From Xanthomonas campestris pv. campestris str. ATCC 33913 (GTDB lineage: Bacteria > Pseudomonadota > Gammaproteobacteria > Xanthomonadales > Xanthomonadaceae), in contig NC_003902.1 in the NCBI RefSeq assembly GCF_000007145.1, positions 218,311 to 250,310 of the forward strand: a DNA stretch of 32,000 nucleotides, in the 5' to 3' direction. Positions 8,848-16,696 of the stretch are shown piece by piece (positions within the stretch are counted from its first letter, which is position 1; each line of letters starts with the position of its first letter). Position numbers and translations under genes: made by a program. The notes beneath the pieces were generated by a model, which had not been told where the DNA came from, did no database searches, and saw nothing but the letters and a program-made list of their open reading frames with translations.

Positions 8848-9912
8848 ATGCGGACTTCACGATTGATCGGCAGCACGGTGCTGCTCTGGCTGGGCAGCGC
8901 GTGCATGGCCTCCGCCGCGCCCGCCGCTGCTCCCACGGCTGATCCCACCAACGATCCGCTGGTGCAGCAGTGGGGACAGCAGGTCGGCGAGACGCTGCAG
9001 GCACGTCTGCGCAGCATGGCTGACAGCGGCAAGCCCGGGCCGCTGTATCTGGCCGGCCTGTTGTGGATCGACACCGAAACTGATGCCGAGTCCGACGCTG
9101 CGCGCGCCGGCTACGCGCCGCTCCAGCGCGCCTGGCTGCAACGCGCGCTGGACGCGCGGCCGCGCGACCTGCTGGTGGCGCGGATGGAAGCGTTGGGCTG
9201 CCCCGCTGGCTTGCGCTGCGACCCGCTCGCCGCGCTCGCCTTCCTGGAGCAGGCCGATGCCGGCAACGCCGATGTGCATCTACGCGCCTACGCATCGGCG
9301 CAACGGCGTGGCGATGCCGCCGCTGCCGAGCGCGCCTGGCAGGCCGCGGTGCAGGCAGACCATTTCGACAGTGGCGCGTTGGCCCTGGGCCAGGCCTTGC
9401 ACGCTGCTTATGCCGATGTGCAATGGCCGGTGCTGACCTCGGTCAGCCTGCGCGCGCAGCTCGATGCACGTGGCCTGCCCTCCACCGGCGCAGACACCGC
9501 GATGCTGTTTGCAATGGCGGCGTGGTCCGCGCACGCATTGCCGGCATTGAGCCCGCTGGTACGCCGTTGCGATCCGGCCACGGTAACTCCAGCGCTGCGC
9601 GACGAATGCATGGCGGTGCTGGGCAATGTGGCCAAGGACGAGTCCACGCTGGCCACCGCCCTGATCGGTGCAAAGCGCATGGCCAGCCTCAGCAGTGGCG
9701 CCGATACAACGCGGTGGCAGGCCCGGGTACGCGAGCTGGCATGGCTGCAGCAGCAACAGCAGGGCCTTGCCGGCGCTGGTAGAGGCCTGGTGTCCGATGG
9801 GGATGCGGTGCTGGCTCACGGTGAAGTGCCGGCCTTGCGTGCGCTGCTGCAGCGCCAGGGCATTGCCACGCAACCGCCGGCCGGCTGGCAGCCGAGCGCT
9901 TCGGTGCAGTAA
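8848..9912 (+). CDS. Secreted hypothetical protein (Ala-rich, no recognised domain)
   Basis: This is the inner ATG of track ORF 8818..9912. Signal peptide: MRTSRLIGSTVLLWLGSACMASAAP. Codon bias is coding-like throughout. Function is unknown. Confidence 0.55.
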   Translation: MRTSRLIGSTVLLWLGSACMASAAPAAAPTADPTNDPLVQQWGQQVGETLQARLRSMADSGKPGPLYLAGLLWIDTETDAESDAARAGYAPLQRAWLQRALDARPRDLLVARMEALGCPAGLRCDPLAALAFLEQADAGNADVHLRAYASAQRRGDAAAAERAWQAAVQADHFDSGALALGQALHAAYADVQWPVLTSVSLRAQLDARGLPSTGADTAMLFAMAAWSAHALPALSPLVRRCDPATVTPALRDECMAVLGNVAKDESTLATALIGAKRMASLSSGADTTRWQARVRELAWLQQQQQGLAGAGRGLVSDGDAVLAHGEVPALRALLQRQGIATQPPAGWQPSASVQ

Positions 9913-10271
9913 GGCTGCGGGCAGCACGCGCGTCGGAGCAGCAGGCAGCGCGGTTGTCTTGCGGATGAGCAGGTCTTCAACTGCAGACTGATCGACAAGG
10001 CGCCTGGTTGGTGCGCGCTGCCGATCGGCCACACCCATCACGCTTGGTCCCGTGTCCGCTGATCTTGCTGGCTCGGGCGTTGCGTTTTGGAGGTATCACC
10101 ACAGCGCTGGCAAAGCGCTACGCATGATGGCTGGTGCCAACGCCTGCGTTCCCGCACGCACACGATGCTGCACTGCGATAGGCAATGCCGTAGTGCGTTT
10201 AACGTGTTTCGACTACTTCCTCACCCGGCCGCGGTGTACGCTGCCGGCTTGCTCCCGGAAGCGAGGCGTGC

Positions 10272-10904
10272 ATGAAGACAGTCCTGGTGGCCGGCTCCAA
10301 AGGCGGCGTTGGCAAGACCACGATCGCCACCAACCTCGCCGCACACGCGGCATTGCAAGGCCAGCGCACCGTGCTGGCAGATGCCGATCCACAGGGCTCG
10401 TCCACCCGTTGGGCGGAACGCCGCGCCAGTCTGGAAAGCGCGGTCCTGCCGATCGACGCTACCCGGCGCCGCAACTGGCAGGCCGCCGTGCCCGATGGCA
10501 CCGACCAGCTGATCATCGATGCGCCGGCCGGCGCGATGGCCGATGACCTGAGCGGCTTCCTGGACCATGTCGACGCCATCGTGGTGCCGGTGCTGTCCTC
10601 GGCGCTGGATATCGAAGCGGTGGTCGGCTTCCTCAACACCCTGGCCAAGGTGCCGCGCGTGCACCAGCGCAAGCTGCCGGTGGGCCTGGTGCTCAACCGC
10701 GCCCGGCCGTGGACCCAGACCTCGCAACAGGCCGCCGAGATGATCGGCAGCTGGCCGTATCCGCTGGTGACCCAACTGCGCGACACCCAGGCCTATGTGG
10801 TGATGGCCGGGCTGGGGCGCAGCTTGTTCGACTACCGCTCTGCGCAGGTGCGCGACCATCAACAGGACTGGGAGCCGCTGTTGAAGTGGCTCAAGAAAGC
10901 CTAG
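10272..10904 (+). CDS. Small orphan ParA/MinD-family P-loop ATPase
   Basis: 210 aa. The deviant Walker A is [24 protein letters not shown] and the Walker B-like LIIDAPAG are also present. No ParB-like gene is adjacent. Confidence 0.8.
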   Translation: MKTVLVAGSKGGVGKTTIATNLAAHAALQGQRTVLADADPQGSSTRWAERRASLESAVLPIDATRRRNWQAAVPDGTDQLIIDAPAGAMADDLSGFLDHVDAIVVPVLSSALDIEAVVGFLNTLAKVPRVHQRKLPVGLVLNRARPWTQTSQQAAEMIGSWPYPLVTQLRDTQAYVVMAGLGRSLFDYRSAQVRDHQQDWEPLLKWLKKA

Positions 10905-10919
10905 GACCGGAAAGCCCTT

Positions 10920-11396
10920 ATGCGCGAACTGATCTTGCTCCGACACGCCCACGCCGAACCGGCCGACACCGGCCAGGCCGATTTCGACCGCCCCTTGTCG
11001 CCGCACGGCATTGCCGAGGCCGAAGCCGCCGGCCGCTGGCTGCGCGAACAACACCTGGTACCCGACCGCGTGCTCTGCTCGCCGGCCCGGCGTTCCCGCG
11101 AAACCCTGGAGGCGGTGCTCGAGCTCACCGGCTACATCGAACAACGCCTGGACGAGCGCATCTACGAGGCCACCCCGGGCACCCTGGCCAGCGTGCTGGA
11201 CGAGCACCGCGAGGCCGAACGGCTACTGCTGGTGGGCCACAACCCGGGCCTGGAACGCCTGGCCGCGCTGATGCACAGTGGCCAGACCGGCGACTACCGC
11301 GGCATGCCCACCGCCTCGATCGCCCTGCTGGCGTTGCCGCTGGATGCGGCCATCGAACCCGGCATCGCCCGGCTGACCGCCTTCTGGTGGCCTTGA
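10920..11396 (+). CDS. sixA: SixA-type phosphohistidine phosphatase (histidine phosphatase superfamily)
   Basis: 158 aa. Motifs: LILLRHAHAE (the RHG-type motif), SPARRSRETLE and LLLVGHNPGLE. It starts 16 nt after the parA-like stop. Confidence 0.8.
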   Translation: MRELILLRHAHAEPADTGQADFDRPLSPHGIAEAEAAGRWLREQHLVPDRVLCSPARRSRETLEAVLELTGYIEQRLDERIYEATPGTLASVLDEHREAERLLLVGHNPGLERLAALMHSGQTGDYRGMPTASIALLALPLDAAIEPGIARLTAFWWP

Positions 11397-11399
11397 TCC

Positions 11400-11972
11400 G
11401 TGCCACTGTCGCTGCGCTGGGTAGCCTGGCTCGCGCTGTGGGTCGCGTTGCCCTGCGTGGCCCAGCAGAAGGTGCATGCCATCGACCCGGTGCAGTCGCG
11501 CTTCGGGTTCGAGATCAGAACCCGCTTCGGGATGAAGATCGAGGGGCTGTTCCCGCGGTTCCGGGGTGAGCTGACCGAATCGGCGGACGGGCACCAGCAG
11601 GTGCGCTTCCGTCTGGATGCCGCACAGGTGGAAATCCCGGGCAAGGACCGCTACACCGCGTGGATGCGCGGCGAGGATTTCTTCAACGTGGCGCAGTATC
11701 CGGTGGTGGAATTCGAGTCGTTTCCGTACTCCGCCGAGGTGGTGAAGCAAGGCGGCGAGATTACCGGCAACCTGACCATCCGCGGAATCACCCATGTGGA
11801 GACCCTGCATGTGGTGCCGGCTGAATGCGCGCGGCCGGGCTATGATTGCGATGTGATCAGTCGAGGTACGGTCCTGCGTGGACGTTACGGAATGAATGCG
11901 TGGCAGATGGCCCTGGGCGACAGGGTGACGTTCATTCTCCGTGGGCGGCTGCAGGAGGTCCGGCGCCCGTGA
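11400..11972 (+). CDS. YceI-family periplasmic (polyisoprenoid/lipid-binding) protein
   Basis: A GTG start lies 3 nt after the sixA stop. Signal peptide: WVAWLALWVALPCVAQQ. The YceI-like core is IDPVQSRFGFEIRTRFGMKIEGLFPRFRGEL...GNLTIRGITH. Confidence 0.75.
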   Translation: MPLSLRWVAWLALWVALPCVAQQKVHAIDPVQSRFGFEIRTRFGMKIEGLFPRFRGELTESADGHQQVRFRLDAAQVEIPGKDRYTAWMRGEDFFNVAQYPVVEFESFPYSAEVVKQGGEITGNLTIRGITHVETLHVVPAECARPGYDCDVISRGTVLRGRYGMNAWQMALGDRVTFILRGRLQEVRRP

Positions 11973-13951
11973 CGTCCTTGTTGAGGATTCTTGTGCTGGC
12001 AACCTTGTTGCTCGGCACCGGATGCGCCGGCCTGTCGCAAACCGAACGTCACCGCGCCGCCGGCATTGCCGTGGCCGCGCGCAGCACCGTGGTGACCTGC
12101 ACCCAGGCCGATCGCTGCGCCCAGCCCTCGCCGCTGCGTGCGCTGGGCGGCGACGCCATCGCCGCCTCCACCGCTGCAGCGCCACGCCACTACGCCACCA
12201 TCGTGGACCACGGCGAGGAATCGCTGGTTGCGCGGTTGAACCTGATCCGCAGCGCCACCCGCAGCATCGACCTGCAGACCTACATCTTCGACAAGGACGA
12301 CAGCGCCCGCATGGTGCTGGACGCGCTGACCGCCGCCGCGCAACGTGGGGTCAAGGTGCGGATCCTGATCGATCAGCTCTCGGCGATCGCCGATCTGCAG
12401 ATCCTGGGCGCGCTGGCCAGCAGCCACGAAAACCTGCAGCTGCGCATCTACAACCCCACCTTCGGCAAGGTGAAGCTCAACTACTTCGACTACGCCGGCA
12501 GCGTGGTGTGCTGTTTCCGCCGCTTCAATCAGCGCATGCACAACAAGCTGCTGGTGGTGGACGATGTGCTCGGCGTGGTTGGTGGGCGCAACTACCAGGA
12601 CGACTACTTCGACTGGGACAGCGAGTACAACTTTCGCGACCGCGATGTGATTCTGGCCGGGCCGGAAGTGCGCGCGATGGCGGTCAACTTCGATGCGTTC
12701 TGGAACGCGCGCCGCAGTGTCCCGGCCGAGCGGCTCAACGATGTCGGGCGGTTGTTGCTGGACGACGGCCCACAGACCATGCCGCCGGCCAAGTTCCGCC
12801 GGCCCGAGCGGGTGGCGCGGGTGGACCGCGAAGCCAATGACCCGCAGTTCGTGCAGGCTGCCTTCGTGGCCCCGGCAATGCCGGTACAGCGTGTGCTGTA
12901 CGTGGCCGACCTGCCGCAGAAACACCGCAAGGAACATGGCGCCAAGGCGGTATCCACCGCGCCGGAGCTGGACAGCCTGATCGCCGGAGCGCAGCAGGAA
13001 GTGCTGCTGCAGACGCCGTATCTGGTGTTGTCCGATCCCGCGCAGGAAATCTTCCGCACCTTGCGCAAGCGCGCGCAGCCGCCGCGCATCGTGGTGTCCA
13101 CCAACAGCCTGGCGGCCACCGATAACCCCATCGTGTATGCGCTGTCGTACAAGTTCAAACGCCGCAACATGCGCGAGTTGGGCTTCAACGTGTATGAGTT
13201 CAAACCGTTCCCGCTGGATGCGCCGGTGGACTACGCCAACCTGCTGCCCGACCCGCTGACGGCCGCCGCGGGCGAGGCCGCCGAGAACGACCGCAGCAAT
13301 CGCCTGATCGGCGGCAGCGCGGCCGGCAATGCGGTGCGTGGTAGCAGCGGTGGTAGTGGTGGCGGCGGGCGTACGCCCGGCGGCAGCGATGTCGACCGCC
13401 GCGTGCTGCGCACCGAAACCCGGCCCTCGTTCCTGGGCACCCGCGCGGTCAACAAGCCGTTGCCGGTGACGCGCGCCGGTGCGCGCATGGGGCTGCACGC
13501 CAAATCGCTGGTGGTGGACCGCCGCATCGGCGTGATCGGCACGCACAACTTCGATCCGCGCAGCGAGAACTACAACACCGAGGCGGCGGTGGTGATCGAC
13601 GATCCGCGCTTTGCACAGGCGCTGGCCGCCAGCATCGAGCGCGACATCGCCCCCGACAACGCCTGGACGGTGGCGCCGCGGGAAAAGCCGCCGGTGCTCA
13701 GCGGCTTGAACTACAGCGTGGGCAAGGTGTCCGAAGCGTTGCCGGTGCTGGATTTCTGGCCGTGGCGCTACGCCACCAACTACGAATTCCAGCCGGGCCC
13801 GGGCTGCCCGTTCCCGCTCAAGCGCCAGGACCCGCAGTTCCGCCAGTGCTACGTGGCGGTGGGCGATTTCCCCGAGGTCAATGTTGGCCCGAAGTGGCTG
13901 CTGGTGCGGATGCTGACCGCCTTCGGCGCCGGGCTGGTGCCGATCCTCTGA
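11969..13951 (+). CDS. Phospholipase D / cardiolipin synthase-family lipoprotein with two HKD motifs
   Basis: This is the inner GTG of track ORF 11846..13951 and overlaps the yceI stop (gtga at 11969-11972). Lipobox: LLLGTG|C. HKD motif 1 is HNKLLVVDDVLGVVGGRNYQDDYF and HKD motif 2 is HAKSLVVDRRIGVIGTHNFDPRSENYNTE. The start codon choice is uncertain by a few codons. Confidence 0.85.
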   Translation: MTSLLRILVLATLLLGTGCAGLSQTERHRAAGIAVAARSTVVTCTQADRCAQPSPLRALGGDAIAASTAAAPRHYATIVDHGEESLVARLNLIRSATRSIDLQTYIFDKDDSARMVLDALTAAAQRGVKVRILIDQLSAIADLQILGALASSHENLQLRIYNPTFGKVKLNYFDYAGSVVCCFRRFNQRMHNKLLVVDDVLGVVGGRNYQDDYFDWDSEYNFRDRDVILAGPEVRAMAVNFDAFWNARRSVPAERLNDVGRLLLDDGPQTMPPAKFRRPERVARVDREANDPQFVQAAFVAPAMPVQRVLYVADLPQKHRKEHGAKAVSTAPELDSLIAGAQQEVLLQTPYLVLSDPAQEIFRTLRKRAQPPRIVVSTNSLAATDNPIVYALSYKFKRRNMRELGFNVYEFKPFPLDAPVDYANLLPDPLTAAAGEAAENDRSNRLIGGSAAGNAVRGSSGGSGGGGRTPGGSDVDRRVLRTETRPSFLGTRAVNKPLPVTRAGARMGLHAKSLVVDRRIGVIGTHNFDPRSENYNTEAAVVIDDPRFAQALAASIERDIAPDNAWTVAPREKPPVLSGLNYSVGKVSEALPVLDFWPWRYATNYEFQPGPGCPFPLKRQDPQFRQCYVAVGDFPEVNVGPKWLLVRMLTAFGAGLVPIL

Positions 13952-14132
13952 TCGGCATTACCCGCTGCAGTGCGTAGAGCTGCGCGTGCAGGCGTACCGC
14001 GCGTGCATCACGCAGCAGCGCCGCATGTGCTGAAAAAACGCAGCGCACATGGGCGTGCAGGCAATCGCATCGCACCGTGTGGCCCAAACGACCAGGCAGT
14101 TGAATCATCGCGCGGGCTCCCGGATGCTCTTA

Positions 14133-14230
14133 CGATTCCCGATTCCCGATTCCCGATTCCCGATTCCCGATTCCCGATTCCCGATTCCCGATTCCCGATT
14201 CCCGATTCCCGATTCCCGATTCCCGATTCC
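14133..14230. repeat. Perfect heptanucleotide microsatellite (CGATTCC)x14
   Basis: Counted directly: 14 uninterrupted 7-nt units, 98 nt in total, ending 13 nt before the thioesterase ATG at 14244. The unit has no stop codon in any frame on either strand. This generates the artefactual PIPDSRF and GIGNRES repeats seen in four track ORFs. Confidence 0.97.
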
Positions 14231-14243
14231 CCAACTCGATCCC

Positions 14244-14678
14244 ATGCCCATGCGCTTTCGTGAACCCGTCGACCTCGCTGCCCTCAACGCCTCCAGCCGC
14301 GACACCTTGATCGCGCAGTTGGGCATCGTGTTCACCGAAGCCGGCGACGACTGGTTGCGCGCCACCATGCCGGTGGATACGCGCACCAAGCAGCCGTATG
14401 GCCTGCTGCACGGCGGCGCCTCGGTGGTGCTGGCCGAAACCCTGGGCAGCAGTGCCGGCAACCTGTGCGTGGATATGACCACCCAGATGTGCGTGGGCCT
14501 GGAAATCAATGCCAACCACCTGCGTGCGGCCTATCAGGACGTGGTGATCGGCACCGCGCGCCCGGTGCATGTGGGCCGCAGCACCCACGTCTGGGACATC
14601 ACCATCGATAACCCGGCCGGCAAACGCGTGTGCGTCTCGCGCCTGACCCTGGCGGTGGTGGCGCGCACCAATGGCTGA
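14244..14678 (+). CDS. PaaI/YdiI/EntH-type hotdog-fold acyl-CoA thioesterase
   Basis: This is the inner ATG of track ORF 14049..14678 and gives 144 aa. It is collinear with my recollection of E. coli YdiI, sharing ATMPVDTRTKQPYGLLHGGASVVLAETLGS and VGLEINANHLR. The alignment of N-termini supports the start at 14244. Confidence 0.85.
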   Translation: MPMRFREPVDLAALNASSRDTLIAQLGIVFTEAGDDWLRATMPVDTRTKQPYGLLHGGASVVLAETLGSSAGNLCVDMTTQMCVGLEINANHLRAAYQDVVIGTARPVHVGRSTHVWDITIDNPAGKRVCVSRLTLAVVARTNG

Positions 14679-14794
14679 GCGCGCCCGGCGTGCGCATGGG
14701 TGGAACAGCGCCGCCCGCTCCCGGCACTGCGCGTCGGCCGTGCTGCTGTCACAATAGTGGCGCCTTCCTTCCCCGTTCCGGTCCTGTTCCTCGA

Positions 14795-15598
14795 ATGAGC
14801 GAGTCATCCCTGCCCGCCACGCGCGATGCCGGCGGCGCGCTGCGTTGGTTCCGTTATCTGTATCGGGTGCCATTGCTGCTCGTGCACCTGACGGTCTGCC
14901 TGCCGATCACCATGCTGTGTGTCGTGGCGCCGCCGCTGGCGCGCATCCGTACCGGCCGCGACGACACCCTGGACGAGCGCATGATCCGCTGGTGGCAGGG
15001 CACGCTGATGCGCATCTTCGGGTTTCGCCTGCGCCGTTTCGGCACCCCGTTGCCCGGCGCCACCTTGTTCGTGGCCAATCACGTCAGCTGGGTCGACATC
15101 TCGATGCTGCACAGCCAGCGGGTGATGGGCTTTGTGGCCAAGCGCGAAATCGCCGGCTGGCCGCTGGTGGGCTGGCTGGCCACCAAGGGGCAAACCATCT
15201 TCCATCAGCGCGGCAACACCGAGTCGCTGGGCGGGGTGCTGCAGGAAATGCTGCTGCGCCTGCGCAGCGGCAAGCCGGTGGGTGTGTTCCCGGAAGGGCG
15301 CACCCGCGGCGGTACCGAGGTGGGCCCGTTCCATGCACGCATCTTTCAGGCGGCGGTCGAAGCCGGTGTGCCGGTGCAGCCGGTGGCGTTGCGCTACGGC
15401 GAGCGCGGCAATGCACAGGCCGTTGTGGCGTTCGGCGAGCGCGAGAGTTTCTTTGCCAATATCGTGCGGCTGCTCGGCGAGCGCTCACGGCTGGCGGAAG
15501 TGCATTTTCTCGAGCCGATCGGCGCGCTGGATATCGACGGGCGGCGCCGTCTGGCCGACACCTCGCGCCAGCGCATCCTTGCCGCGATGGAGTCCTGA
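14795..15598 (+). CDS. PlsC-family lysophospholipid (1-acyl-sn-glycerol-3-phosphate) acyltransferase
   Basis: This is the inner ATG of track ORF 14630..15598 and gives 267 aa. There is an N-terminal TM helix, an HX4D motif NHVSWVD, and an FPEGRT block (VGVFPEGRTRGG). Confidence 0.85.
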   Translation: MSESSLPATRDAGGALRWFRYLYRVPLLLVHLTVCLPITMLCVVAPPLARIRTGRDDTLDERMIRWWQGTLMRIFGFRLRRFGTPLPGATLFVANHVSWVDISMLHSQRVMGFVAKREIAGWPLVGWLATKGQTIFHQRGNTESLGGVLQEMLLRLRSGKPVGVFPEGRTRGGTEVGPFHARIFQAAVEAGVPVQPVALRYGERGNAQAVVAFGERESFFANIVRLLGERSRLAEVHFLEPIGALDIDGRRRLADTSRQRILAAMES

Positions 15599-15652
15599 GG
15601 CGGCCATGCGCCTGCCGCTGCCAGCCGTCGCGCCAGCTGCGCCAACGCGCGC

Positions 15653-16639
15653 ATGAACGCCTCCGACTACCAGCCGCCGCGCTGGCTGCGTAATCCGCAT
15701 GTGCAATCGGTGCTGGGCAGCAGTGCATTGCGCCGCATCCGCAGCCGCCAGTTGCTGGCCGCCGCCGGCGCGCGCACCAGCGAGCACATCCTCGATGGCG
15801 GCGACGGCGTGCGCTTGCAGGGCTGGATGAGCGTGCCGCCGGGCGATGCGCCGGTGCGTGGTACCGTGTTGCTGCTGCATGGCTGGGAAGGCAGCGCCGA
15901 ATCCAACTACATGCGGCTCACCGCCGCGCGCCTGCTCGGGCTCGGCTACCAGGTGTTCCGGCTGAACTTCCGCGACCACGGCGGCACCCACCACCTCAAC
16001 GTGGACCTGTTCCATTCGGACCGGGTGGACGAAGTGGTCAACGCGGCCGCCGATCTGTGGCGGCGCTTTCCATCGCAGCAGCTGCTGGCGGCCGGCTATT
16101 CGCTGGGCGGCAATTTCGCGCTGCGGCTGGGCCTGCGCGCGCCAGCGGCGGGCCTGCCGCTGGTGCGGGTGGCGGCGGTGTGCCCGCTGCTGGATCCGGC
16201 CGCGACCATGCAGGCGCTGGAAGATGGCCCGCAGTTCTACGATTGGTATTTCCGCCGCAAATGGCGTGAATCGCTGCTACGCAAGCGCAAGCTGTTTCCC
16301 GAACAACACGGCTACGACGACGCCACCCTGGCGCTGGACATGCGCGGCCTGATGGCGTGGCTGGCGGTGCAACACACCGGGCACGGCTCGCTGGAAGCGT
16401 ATTTCGACAGTTATTCCATTGCCGGCGACCGCCTGGCCGGGCTGCAGGTGCCGGCCGACATCCTGATGGCCGAAGACGACCCGGTGATTCCGTTCGCCGA
16501 TTTCGCCGGTTGGCAATTGCCGGCCCACGCGCACCTGGAAATCGCGCGCTGGGGCGGGCATTGCGGCTTCCTGGAAAATGCCCGCGGCGACGGCTTTGCC
16601 GAGCGCTGGGTGGCCGAACGCTTGAGCGGCATCGCCTAG
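15653..16639 (+). CDS. Alpha/beta-hydrolase, YheT/ABHD1-3-like
   Basis: 328 aa. The N-terminus LRNPHVQSVL is typical of the YheT group. HGWEGS, the nucleophile elbow GYSLGG, and a later DDPVIP and GGHCGF are consistent with a Ser-Asp-His triad. Confidence 0.8.
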   Translation: MNASDYQPPRWLRNPHVQSVLGSSALRRIRSRQLLAAAGARTSEHILDGGDGVRLQGWMSVPPGDAPVRGTVLLLHGWEGSAESNYMRLTAARLLGLGYQVFRLNFRDHGGTHHLNVDLFHSDRVDEVVNAAADLWRRFPSQQLLAAGYSLGGNFALRLGLRAPAAGLPLVRVAAVCPLLDPAATMQALEDGPQFYDWYFRRKWRESLLRKRKLFPEQHGYDDATLALDMRGLMAWLAVQHTGHGSLEAYFDSYSIAGDRLAGLQVPADILMAEDDPVIPFADFAGWQLPAHAHLEIARWGGHCGFLENARGDGFAERWVAERLSGIA

Positions 16640-16696
16640 GTCGGCAGCGCAGCGCGCATCGCTACAATAGCGGTTTGTCCTGGACACCCCGCCGCC

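Noticed and set aside
10108-10124. TGGCAAAGCGCTACGCA upstream of the parA-like gene as a sigma-54 promoter.
   Set aside because: The GG-to-GC spacing is 13 nt rather than 12, and the -12 element is TACGCA. This is more likely a chance match. The overlapping AGCGCT...AGCGCT small hairpin is also unremarkable.
14024-14051. Hairpin CATGTGC...GCACATG with an A6 run (T6 on the minus strand) as a terminator between the PLD and thioesterase genes.
   Set aside because: The A/T run lies inside the loop, not after the stem, on either strand. It therefore does not have intrinsic-terminator geometry.
14049-14243. Apparent repeat proteins containing (PIPDSRF)n on the plus strand and (GIGNRES)n on the minus strand (track ORFs 13970-14263, 14049-14678, 14105-14515 and 14130-14873).
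   Set aside because: They are translations of the stop-free CGATTCC microsatellite. The thioesterase aligns with YdiI-type proteins from the ATG at 14244. An extended, phase-dependent isoform is kept only as a speculative note in the findings.
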